Part shown: positions 1-11,590 of the stretch, in pieces
Layout: the number at the start of each line of letters is the position of its first letter
Numbering within the stretch: the stretch's first letter is position 1
Source of the DNA: Paraspadella gotoi
Taxonomy: Eukaryota; Animalia; Chaetognatha
Length of the DNA stretch: 63,616 nucleotides
NCBI GenBank assembly: GCA_051294375.1
Contig: CM119263.1
Span: 27,676,568 to 27,740,183, forward strand
Direction: 5' to 3'
The notes under the pieces: generated by a model
Database searches by the model: none
What the model saw: only the letters and a program-made list of their open reading frames with translations
What the model was told of the DNA's origin: nothing
Position numbers and translations under genes: made by a program

Positions 1-708
1 ATGTTAATTTTTTCCTTTAATGTTAATTTAACACAATCATCATACAATAATCAAACTAACAATCAAACCTCAATCAAACGAAAAAAAAAAACAGTTAAAA
101 CAGTCAAAACAGAGAAAAAGCATAATTGCATTTTTAAATAAATCATAATTTCTTTATAGAGAGAAAAAATATCCCAAAATTATGATCGGGGGCGTGGAGG
201 TTGTAGGAGGGCAAAAATTAAGGGGGCGGGGGTGGCGGGGGCGGCACTCGCGTGGGCCACCGATGAGGGGAGAGGCGCCAACATCCGTTCCGAGTTTTTA
301 TTGAAAACTATTTAGTTTAAACTGAAATCTTAACATCGCAAGAGTACGTAGCAAGCCACCAAAAGCAAATCGGATCGGAGGCTCGGGCGATCATAGGAAC
401 TGTAAATTCTACCCTTGTCACTAGCTTGTTCTAGTTTCAGTAGCATTGATCATTGATAAAAATGGAAATTGTTGTTTACATAAAAATGGGGGGATGTTTC
501 GTCTCTTATCAGCGCGAAAATAGTTTTAACTTCAATTTTAATCAACATCTGCGATCCAAACCAACAGAAGTAGATAATAAGATGGATAGATAATTTCTCA
601 AATTCTAATTTTTAATTTTTAATTTCCTCTTTCTTTTTTTGGTATTAATAAAAATTAAAAAAAATTCCTGTTTCTCTTCAATTTCTAATTTTATTACCAG
701 TTGTTTTT

Positions 709-783
<75 letters not shown>

Positions 784-1067
784 ATTCGTCTATCCTGAAA
801 CGTATTCCGCTGTTCCGTCGCACTCGGCCTTCTTCACCCTAACTTTTATCCCAACCCAAAAATGTATCTACTTCCCACCCGAAACCATCATCTCATCGCC
901 TTATCTTCTCTTTAATGGGAAAAAGTTCACTACGAACGACGCCCACCGTCTCGAAAAACCACCCGAGGACCTCTCAACCACTCTCCAAAGTCTCTACCCC
1001 CACCAACCCGCTCGCCATCTTCAACAAAAAAAAAAAAAAAACCAGCGTCGCTGCCTCCACTTGGTTT

Positions 1068-1169
<102 letters not shown>

Positions 1170-1215
1170 GCCGCCTCCATCTTGGTTTCAGTCGACGCCA
1201 TTAGAAGGCCACCCC

Positions 1216-1252
<37 letters not shown>

Positions 1253-1638
1253 ACATAAAAATGCCATAAATGTTGAGAATAGTTTTGAGTCTATTACAGA
1301 TAATCCCCATTTTGGTTTTAAAATATTCTCAACAGTTATTAATGACTTTATAATCTGTATGTATAATAATATAGCTATAGTATTTACTATTAAAAAACTT
1401 GCAATCTAAAAGCTTTTTTCAACTTATATTACTAAGACCTTGGACCGAACATTTGAATTTCCTTTTTTCCATATTTTTATTTAACTTATTAGCTCTTTTG
1501 TTAATTAAGCTACGATTTACGACTCATGCTCGGCATTTAATCTCTAAAACTACAATCTGCGAGAAACGCTTTCATTTTTTTTTATTAAATTCGTTCAATA
1601 AATCTTTGACTTCCAAACATTCCCTCTTTCTAACTTAC

Positions 1639-1794
1639 CCCTGAGGTAAGCTCCGAAGTGGTCTTTGGGGTTGATCTCGCTGCTGATGATCTGCAGCGTA
1701 GAGTTGGGTAGAATTCGTGAGTCTGAATTGATTTCGTGAACTTGATGTTCCAAGTGAGGAATCAGGTATTTGTAGTTTTCGTCGATGAGAAGAC
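1639..1794 (-). CDS. Ionotropic glutamate receptor subunit, exon 2 (start of amino-terminal LIVBP-like domain)
   Basis: cag| acceptor and G|gtaag donor, phase 1-1, 156 nt. GLLIDENY...VHEINSDSRILPNSTLQIISSEINPKDHFGAYLRG resembles GRIK '[36 protein letters not shown]'. The remaining exons are not found and presumably lie left of the window. Confidence 0.8.
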
Positions 1795-2252
1795 CTGATT
1801 GAGGATCAGTTGACAATTGATTGATTTATTGATTGATTGATTGACAATCAGTTACAATTGTAGGAATTATAAATTATAAATTATCAATCCCTTAGATTAG
1901 GATCAGGCTGGTAAAGTTCCCGTCTCGCTTAACTGTTAGGCGACCACAGGGCTAGTAAAAGACCGGACCTTTGGATTGCTAGGCGATTGACTCTCATCCG
2001 CATCGAATGACCAAAGTTTGTGTATTCCGCGCCAAGTGGTGAATATCCATAAATTTTAATTCTAAATCCCCCTTTAATGCTGGTTCTTGGTTGGAAAGAC
2101 ATTTGACGGCCCCTCTCTCGCTTTCCATAGATTAAGCGGGGGGGAGGGGTGAGATTGAACTTGGTCATGATGCCCACAACAAGCGCAACATACATAGTAC
2201 AGAAACAACAACCAACAACAACAACGACAAAAAGCGCCCCCCCTTCGCTCAC

Positions 2253-2448
2253 CGATACGAAAATCCGTCTTCGGTTCTTTGACGATTTCGCCGGCGCCAA
2301 AAACGACGCCGGAGACGAGCGACGCCGCAAAGAGGATGCGGCGCCACGAGTCGAGACGGCGCCACGAGTCGAGTCGGCGCCGCGCCGACGCGACGCTGGG
2401 ATGTAGCGAGGGTCGGCCACCCGGATGTAATTGGTCGTCGTCGTCCAT
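2253..2448 (-). CDS. Ionotropic glutamate receptor subunit (kainate/AMPA-like), first coding exon with signal peptide
   Basis: Translates as MDDDD...RILFAASLVSGVVFG...DFRIG and ends at a phase-1 G|gtgag donor. This matches the 'RIG|GIF' first intron position of GRIK/GRIA genes. The start ATG at 2448 is inferred; the frame stays open to 2958. Confidence 0.75.
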
Positions 2449-2849
2449 CTTCGGCGGATAAAAGTCGTGCGGGTGCCAAGGGGGTGGCGCGAGGGAGCGG
2501 GGTGGAGAATAGGGTGGTGGGGGAGAGGGAAAGAGTCGGTGGAGTGGAGTAGGTGTTGATTGGAGTGGTAAGGGTGAGTTAAGAGAAAGAGTGTTGAGTG
2601 GAAAGAGAGAAAAAAGTGATGATTCTTTGAGCGAGGATCGAGCGACGATTCTCGTTGTTGTTGTTGTCGTCCTCTTCCTCTTTTTAGACTTCGATCGACG
2701 CCATCTAGTGTCGAAGCGACACCAGGCGGCGTCGACTGCGTCGTAAAAGAGCGCCGAGTTTGTTTTCTTCTTCTCCAGCGCCACGCCCCTTCGAAGAGGC
2801 GCGCGTTTCCGTCGCCCAAATGCGTCATTTAACGCCGTCCGTGCGGCGG

Positions 2850-2881
<32 letters not shown>

Positions 2882-3409
2882 GCGGATGTATCGGCCGCTG
2901 GTTGTGATGTCCGCCCGCGACGGCGTCGATTGAAAAAGGGATAGAATTTTTTACCCATTTGCGTTTTTTGCTTTTCCTTGTTCTTTTATTTTTGTTTTCT
3001 TATTTTGTTTATTTATTTGTTCTTTTTCTTTATAACTGGGCCGCCATCTTCGTAGAATCCTGACAAAATATAAAAAACATATTATTTAATTAAACATGTT
3101 TGTAGGTGGTTTAAGGCGTTTTATATAATATGAAAGGGTCAAAATATTTTGACGTTTAATTTCCTCCTTGTGGCCTTCTTCGTCGTGTTTTGTTCTTACT
3201 ACAATAATGGTAAATATAGAAGGTTAGAAAACAATTGAAAATAAAAAATAAGCTGATGCGTATAAAAAAAAGTCTGGAACAAGGATTAAAAGCGGAAGGG
3301 AGAAAAGAGAGAGGGAAGAGGAAGAGAATTATTGAGGAAGACAGTCTGACTAAGAACCCTCGTCGGTACCTTTTTTTATCATTCTTATCTCGATTATTAT
3401 TTTTATTAA

Positions 3410-4328
3410 TTTTTAGTCGGAATCTATAATTCACTTTGTCGGTCCGTCGATCTCCCCCCCCCAAATCTTGTCGGGCATTCACTTAAATCATGTCAGCAAA
3501 AAACTTGGATGGTGAGATTGGAGTGAAATTTTGTGTGTGGGTGGGAAACTGTGTGAATGAGCTGGATATAAAATTTCAATGGAATCGTTCAAGTGGAAAT
3601 AAGTTTAATTGAAAAAATCATAAGTCACGTTTACTTGAATCTTTTTTCTTATAATTACAAAAATTAATCCTAATTTGATAAATTGATTGAGATGAAATGT
3701 TGTGTGTGTGAAGGAAAGTAAGTGCTTGAACTCAATATAAAGTTTTGATGGAATCGTGCGAGTGGAAATGAGTTTAAATGGAATAAAAACAAACGTCACT
3801 TTTATTTGATTTTTTTTAAATTTTAAAGTTTTTCTCTCTCTCACTGAGATAAAATGATAGATAGGCTGATTAATTAGTTGTTTGAATGATTGATAGATTT
3901 TCATTACTTCAATAATTGATTATTAAATTTCAGTTGAGCAAATTATGCTAGTCCAGCAAATTATGCAAGTTGACCAAATTATGCCAGTTGACCAAATTAT
4001 GCCAGTTGACCAAATTATGTCAGTTGACCAAATTATGCCAGTTGTCCAAATTATCCCAGTTGTCCAAATTATCCCAGCAGACCAAATTATGCCAGTTGAC
4101 CAAATTATGCAAGTTGGTATTGGCGCAGCGACTGGTAATGATTGATAGATCAATTGATTTATAGTTTTTTTCATAGATTTATTAAGAAGTCTGTTATGAT
4201 TTTTTAAGTTATGATTTGTTATAATCTGTTAAGATCACAAATTGAAAGTCAAAAAGAATTATCATTGGATTAGCTGATTACCACTTAATTATTGCAGGCA
4301 GATCCGATATTGTTTGCTCAAACTTGTT
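3410..4328 (+). mobile_element. Helentron/HINE (DINE-1-like) non-autonomous element, family 1
   Basis: 5' TTTTTAGTCGG; core 'gaaattttgtgtgtgggt...gatggaatcg' shared with other copies; 3' hairpin GGGCAGA..TTTGCTC carrying the CCGAC-like sub-terminal inverted repeat; ends CTTGTTT in a T-rich site. Confidence 0.65.
3945..4113. repeat. 18-bp minisatellite (gttgaccaaattatgcca)n inside the HINE
   Basis: About 9 tandem units seen directly. Confidence 0.9.
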
Positions 4329-4384
4329 TTTTGTTGTTTTTGAGTTGAACCAGTATTATGAAAGAGGACTGCCTTTGCTGTGTT

Positions 4385-4864
4385 TATTGTCTAAGCGACA
4401 TCCAAAGAAGTTAAAAGATTAATTGAGGTCGTTGTCTGTGAAACAGTGGTAAAATGGAAACAACCGCGCAGCGCTAAACGCGGCATGTCTGGGGGGGTTT
4501 CCTTACCTTCACCTCTTAGGGTGAGAGCCGAATAGGTCTTACAACCAAGCTATACATCCCTTCAAGGATCAGATGACAGTTAGGGAAGGAACGTGGTAAG
4601 TTCACAGAGATGCAGATTTCCATTGAAAGTAGGTTAAGTTTCTTTTTTTATGTTGAGCATTTTTCATGGAGGCCAGATTTTGGTTGATTTGGATAAGCAA
4701 TATAGGCTTTGGACCAATTAGTTTGAACGTGAACTGATCATGTTTTAATGCTATTATTTAATTTGTAAGTCATTTAGCCGACATTGATAAGATTATTATA
4801 ACTGATTCAAAGATACATGAAATTTATCATCCAAAATTAATCGATTGAAGGGTACATGACAATA
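4385..4864 (+). ncRNA. Candidate large structured RNA, copy A (family unassigned)
   Basis: Terminal stem TATTGTC/GACAATA plus nested helices that are conserved with copy B. No ORF, and substitutions lack codon periodicity. Confidence 0.6.
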
Positions 4865-5011
4865 TGTAAATAATATAAAAGAAATTATTATGCTCACAAT
4901 ATATGTGTCTTTTCTTTATTTATTTATAATGATAACTAAGAAAATTTTATGAATTTGCGTTTAGTTCTTCCTACAAAGTTTTAATAGTCAATACAGTTAT
5001 TTTTCAATAGC

Positions 5012-5516
5012 CTTGTCATATGTTCAGGGGACATTCGAAGAAGTCATCAGAGCTATTAAGGTCGGGTTTTTTTTGGTAAAAGATATGTCGTAGTAATTAA
5101 AAATAAAATGGAAACAATCGCGCAGAGATTAACGCGGAATCTCTGGAGGGGGTTTTCCTTACGTTGACCTATACGGGCGAGAGCCGAGCTGATCTTATTA
5201 CCCAGCAATTCATCCCATCAAGGAGGTCAGCTAGGTAAGGAACTAATTAGCAACATCGCAGAGATACAGGTTTCCGATTTCAGAAGGTTAAGTTTCTCTT
5301 TTTATCTAGAGAGCTTTCTTCCCCACACAAAATTTTGGTTGACTTGGATACTTATCAAGCCTTTGGTCCAAATAGTTTGGACATGAAATGACCGTGTTTT
5401 GTGAATGTTTTCTTATTGATAAGTCGGTTAGCCGGCATTCAATCGATCAGTATACATGTTTCAACGAGAGATTGAACTTTTATCAAAAATCTATCGATTA
5501 GTTGGCATACGACAAG
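5012..5516 (+). ncRNA. Candidate large structured RNA, copy B (family unassigned)
   Basis: Terminal stem CTTGTC-A-TATGTT/GGCATA-C-GACAAG. Same helix order as copy A with compensatory and G-U changes. Confidence 0.6.
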
Positions 5517-5555
5517 ATGTAAATGAGAATATAGAAATTAAATGGTTGATATTTA

Positions 5556-5690
5556 TTTTTAGATAGGTCCGTCGGTCCCACCCCTAAATATTGTCGGTAA
5601 ATCATTTTTGTCAAATCAGAACATCATATTATGCTAAATTAAGCAAAAAAACAATGTCTGTCCGTCCGTCTTTCTGTCTGTTTGTCTATT

Positions 5691-5721
<31 letters not shown>

Positions 5722-6345
5722 TCGTCCCCCTTAGCAAAAAACTCCAATTACTCGTGATTGAATGGATGGATTAGAATGAAATTTTGTGTGTGGTTAGAAA
5801 AGTGTGTGATTGAGCTGGATATACAGTTTCGATGGAATCGTGTGAGTGGAAATTAGTTTAAATGGAAAAAACATAAGTCACATTAACTTAAATCTTTTTT
5901 TACTAATTTTCACCCATAATTACTCGAATTGCAAGTTGATGCAAGTTGAAAAATGATGCAAGTTGAAAAAAATGATACAAGTTGAAAATATGATGCAAGT
6001 TGATAAAAATTTAAAAAAAAGATGTGAGTTAAAAAATGATGCGAGTTGAAAAAATGATGCGAATTTGAAAAATAATGCGAGTTAAAAAATGATGCGAATT
6101 TGAAAAATGATGAAAGTCAAAAAAATGAGGCGAGTTCAAAAAAGTTTTCAAGTTGAAAAAATGATGCAAGTTGAAAATATGATGCAAGTTGAAAAAAATT
6201 ATGCAAGTTGACAAAATGAAGCAAGTTAAAAAAAATGATGCAAGTTTAAAAAATGATGCGTGTAAAAAATAAGATGAAAGTGGAAAAAATAATAATAGTT
6301 AAAAAATTATTTGTACTTTATTTGTAATTATTTCTACTTTAGTAT

Positions 6346-6416
<71 letters not shown>

Positions 6417-6485
6417 TTTTTTTATTTAGCTGATTACCTCTTAATTATCGTGGGCAGATCCGACATTGTTTGCTCAAACTTGTTT
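5556..6485 (+). mobile_element. HINE-like element, family 1
   Basis: (GTCY)n tract, shared core, internal tgatgcaagttgaaaaa array and identical 3' end gggcagatccgacattgtttgctcaaacttgttt. Confidence 0.65.
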
Positions 6486-6751
6486 AAAATAATGTATAGC
6501 TTTGATTTTAATTTTAATTTGATTTTTTTCCAATTTTGATTTCAAGTTTTTTTCCTAATTTTATATAATATTGAATTGATAATTAAAAAGTAAAATTAAT
6601 TATCAATTAAAGGCCATTGTCTCTCTCAGTCGTGTCGCCCACTTCCGGAAAGATTAACGAGAGAACAGGATGAAAACGCGAGAAGGAATGAAAAGCGATT
6701 CCATCTAAATTTCCAGGCCGTTTTGCCCTCCCCCGTCTTGCGTGGGGAAAA

Positions 6752-6807
<56 letters not shown>

Positions 6808-6950
6808 GAGAGAGAGAAAGAGAGAAAGAGAGAGAGAGAGAGAGAGAGCGTGAAGAGGGATAAAGAGTGAAAGCGCGAGACAGACAGAGAGAGAGAGAAA
6901 AGAGGAAAAGCATAAAGCAAGAAAAATAGAAAAATATATAAAGAAAAATA

Positions 6951-6986
<36 letters not shown>

Positions 6987-7105
6987 AATAAAGAAAAAAA
7001 GAAAGAAGAATAGAAAAGTAAGAGGACGCAATAAAAGAAAAGAAGAATAGAGAAGAAAAGAAGAAAAGGAAGACGAGATGGAGATTAGCGCCATGAGGTC
7101 AGTGA

Positions 7106-7189
<84 letters not shown>

Positions 7190-8673
7190 ACTTACGGAGT
7201 TGAGTCCCAATCGATGAAGTTTACCATTTTTTCGGGTCGATAGTTTTTTTTGGCTCTGATTGGTCAAAGTGGTCAGAGGTCGATCAATGGTTGGCTAAAA
7301 AAAGAGTCTAGAGCAATGACCGATAGAGAGATGGAAGCTCGGTACTTTTCGTACCCATGTTCTTCCGTTCTATCCTGTTTATATGTGGCGTATATTGTGC
7401 ATATGAGTAAAGTAAAGTGTTATATAATTTTTTTCATAAAAAATGAGAAAAAGGTGCTAGGTTAAGAGTCTTTACATATGATAATACGTTAAGAGAGGAT
7501 AATACATCTCATACAATAACTAGTACCTATTATTGCTAAGATGTCACACTTCATTTTCTCGATGTGAATTTATTCGAAGTCAATCCATCAATCTCCAAGC
7601 GATCACCAAGCGATCACCAAGCGATCACCAAGCTTCGAAAGAAACGATCCCGACGGAAAAGCCAATCAAATGCGAGAAAATGGACTTTGGCGGGAAAATA
7701 TTTCCTCGAAGTTTCTGACTCAAATGAGCGGAAAATTTGAAGTAGGATGGCGTAGGATGAGGGAGGGGCGGAGAATTGGAGCGGGGATCAAAATGGGGTC
7801 TGAAAGGGATAATAAAAGAGTAGCAACGAAGAACAGTTCAGAACACCTTTGAAATTCGGAAGAAGCTGAATTTATTTTTTTTTTACAGCTGCAAAAAAGC
7901 CAATTTTCTGATTTCGAAGAAAAATACTTAATTGTTTACGAATCGAGCATGTTTTTTTTTTTTTCATTTTAATTAATTCACGCGAAAGTCGAGAACGCTG
8001 TTCATTTGTTCACGATTGCTTTCGATACAAGAGCGCTTGAGGTTTGAGAATTCGACGGGAACTAATACTTTTAAACAAAAGATTTCGCTTTCTTCTTATT
8101 CTCTTTCATCTCGGTGCGAACTCGCAAACAATTTTTCTCCTTCCAAAAAAAGGCCATAAAGTGACAATTAGTTCGACCGATTATATTTTTCTATTATATT
8201 TTGATAAACAATTTTGAGTCTTCTGCCTTCTGCTTTCTGCAAGGCAAAATTTTTTTTCTTGAACTCAATAATAATTCCTTTTTTTTTATTCTTTTATAAA
8301 TTTTTTCATCTCACATTATCATCGGCATTCGCAAGAAAAACTTTTGTGAAATTTTTTCGCCCTTTGTCCTTCCATTGAATTTCTTTGCTGACGTCAGGAA
8401 AAAATAAGAAACGGATAAAATGCGATGCTTGCAGTCTGCTTGAGAAAAAAAAAAGAATTCGGCAAGAAGAAAGCAAAATAAAAGAAGAGAAATAAAAACT
8501 GAAAATATGTTAATAAACCCAAGCGAGAAAATAAATACAATTTTAAATAATAATTAAATAAATAAATAAATGAATAGCTAAAAAAAATAAATTAATAAAT
8601 AAATAAATAAACATCCAGTGTGAAGATGAAAGTCAATGAAGAGAAGGGAAGATAGAAAAAAGAGAAAGAAATA

Positions 8674-8732
<59 letters not shown>

Positions 8733-9069
8733 GAAATAAAAAGAAAGAAAAAAGAAAGGAGGAAAGATAAAAAAAAAAAAAGCTTGATGAAAAGAAGGAA
8801 CGCCTTTACTAATACAAGAAAGAAATTTCTTCTTTTCTTCTTAAAACTCTTTCTCGATGTACCGACTTTTTCCTAAATCTTTTAAAGCGAAGAAAGAACC
8901 CGTTTGTCCAGAGCCCCTTGTCCCAAGAAATCCCGCCTCTTAAACGGTCTTTGTCTAGGCCCCATGTCCCGGGCCCTTCGACCCCACTCCCCCACCCTTC
9001 ATCCCCCTTCCCTCTTTCCCAACCGGGCGATAAAAGCACGAATCACTCGGCTCCTTTTTTCCCCGCTTC

Positions 9070-9425
9070 CGGTTTCGCAATTACTCGCGTCGTTGCTCGG
9101 GAAATGAGTCGCGAAATTGGGGCGCGGCGAAATCCTTTGGCGATGGCCGCTTGTCGTAGGCGAAATCCGACAACGTTCGTTCCTTGCCAAGGTTGAAATT
9201 CTTTAGCGATCGCCGATTGGGATAAGCGAAATCATACAACGAGAGCTGCTTGTCGTAGGTAAAAAAACTACAACTCTCCCCGATTTTTATAAGCAAAATA
9301 CTTTGGTTATCGCCGCTTGTCCTTTTCCAAGGGCTAAATGTTTTGGCGATCACCGCTTGTTAGCAAAATCCTACGATGATTATCCTTTTCCATAGATGAT
9401 CGCCGCATAATCTTTCGGCAATATT
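9070..9425. repeat. Degenerate ~50-bp tandem repeat (gcgaaatcctttggcgatcgccgcttgtcgtagg-like)
   Basis: Recurrent gcgatcgccgcttgt / gcgaaatcc motifs. Confidence 0.6.
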
Positions 9426-9729
9426 CTTTCGTCATAAGCTTTGTGAAGTCGAGTTTTTGAACAATTGCTTGAAATATACAAAATAAGACAAATGGTAGAA
9501 CAGAAGAATATAAAAAGAAAAACCTTCAAAATTAGCGTATAAAAACCAGCAAAACATTTGCGGTGAAGGTCATCAACTCTCTTCCCTCTCCTCTCTATTT
9601 CGTCTACATTGCCACATCCAAGTCGCCCCCTCCCCACCACCCACCCTACCACCTCCACCTCCACCTCCCTACCACCCTACCACCTCCACTCGCCTCGACG
9701 AATCCCCATTTTCCTTCAAGTGACTCCTC

Positions 9730-9965
9730 TTTGGGTCACGTGACTTCAGTTTAGTTCCAATGACTCCAGTTTGGGTCACGTGATTGAAGTTTAGGTCACG
9801 TAACTCTAATGTGGGTCACGTGATTGAAATTTAGGTCACGTTACTCGAGTTTCGATAATTCTATTTGGGTCCCGTGACTCTTCAGTTTTTGTCACACGAC
9901 GCTGCTTTGTGTCACGTGAGGCTTGAGTTTGTGTCACGTGACTCTCGAGTTTGGGTCGCGTGACT
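9730..9965. repeat. ~20-bp minisatellite containing GTCACGTGA
   Basis: Repeated gggtcacgtgact units. Confidence 0.8.
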
Positions 9966-10688
9966 CGCGGAAACGAAATTAAATTTTCCCGCCTGTCAAT
10001 TTTTTCAAAAGAGGGCGACGATGACAACGACTATGACGACGACGACGACGACGCGCCGTTTGAAGAGAGAGAGAGATGGTTCCGACGGGGGATGTGTTTT
10101 CAGTTTGTTTTCCTCTGTTTATTTGCGCTTAGAAATTTTTTTTTTCTTTTTTGTTTCGTTTCTTTTTTTCTTTTTCGGTGAAGAAAGAAAACCTTTTTTG
10201 GAGCCAAAACTATCAATTTGGTTGAGGCGGTTGAAGCTGTAAAAGAGGAGGTGGAAGTTTTATTCTATTTGGGAGAGAACATATATTTCTTTCATTCGCT
10301 TAGTTTATATTGCACATTGCTGAAAGTGAGTTGAAAATTTGGGTAAGTGAATTATATCATTTTCGTTACGATTATCATCGTTTCATTTTGAAATGATATT
10401 GCAAAAAGAGAAATCTCAAACTCGAACTGCATTACGAGTTCCCAATCTTTGTCGTCGTCGTCGTCGTCGTCGTCGTCCCATAATCAAGTGCTTGCCGTCG
10501 AAGTCTATGAGGGAAGCAATAATTGTTGGCGGTTTCCAAGCGACGCGTGGAAACAATTACCAGGCGCGGGTCGGCGTCCCTTCGCCGGAGAGAGGAGGAC
10601 GACGATTAAAAGGAAAACTGGTCCCTGGAGAAATTTGGGGGGAAAAATGGGGGAAAGAGGGGGTTGCGGAGGGGGGAGGGAGGGAGAA

Positions 10689-10763
<75 letters not shown>

Positions 10764-11354
10764 AAAAAGAAACAAAGAAACAAAAAAAGGGGAAATAAGC
10801 TCCACTCAATTTCTCTCTGCGCAAGATTTTCCTCTTCCTTCATCGCCTCTTTTCTTCCATTTGGCAATGACCATCAGCAACGCCATTCATCAGAGACTCC
10901 GACGTCAATTTTTATCGCAAAGTTTATCGTTTATTTTCACGTCGCAGCTGACATCAACGCAGATGGTGAACGCAACATCGCGCCGCAAGAAAACTTCCGA
11001 TGAGAATCCGCTTTCAGTTTGAAATATAAAGGACCAGAGAAATGTTTCTTCGCGCAACGGAAACCGACCGCGAACCACAGACTCAAAACAACATGCGACA
11101 GTATTTGCAGCATTTTTAGCAGCATCATCCGAGTGCAGCATCGTAATTCGCCAATTTTTTTTCCCTTGTCTGATATTTTTCCGTCGTCGCGGATATAACG
11201 GCATTTAATGGGATTTAGTGGCGTTTAATAGGACGCGCCTGGAAGCTATGGCGATCCTAAATGACAATCTCGTCTCATGAAGCACCGGCGGAGAAACCCA
11301 GTGGTCATAATGATACGATTAAGAACTAGATGCTCTGTCATTTTTGGCCTGCTT

Positions 11355-11590
11355 TGACGACAAAAAAAGTCACGTGATGACAAATAAAATCACATGACGA
11401 CAAATGAAGTCATGTGATGACAAATGATTTCAGATGACGACAAATGAACTCAAATGATGACAATTGAAATCAAAATGAAGTCAAAGGACGATAAATGGAG
11501 TCACGTAAAGACAAATGAAGTCACGTAAAGACAAATAAAGTCACATGACTACAAATGAAGTCACATGACGACAAATGAAGTCACGTGACA
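11355..11590. repeat. ~20-bp minisatellite gacaaatgaagtcacgtga
   Basis: About 11 degenerate tandem units. Confidence 0.85.

Noticed and set aside
330-410. iGluR exon 3
   Set aside because: The phase-1 translation on the minus strand lacks the expected C..L..GV.AIFGP motif.
4385-5516. Assignment of the pair to telomerase RNA, U12 snRNA, group II intron domain V, rRNA/numt or an LTR pair
   Set aside because: No CTAACCCTAA-type template shared by both copies. GTAAGGAA occurs only in copy B and is base-paired. GAGCCG lacks a domain V partner strand. No contiguous universal rRNA motifs. TGTC...GACA ends lack TSDs and similarity extends past them.
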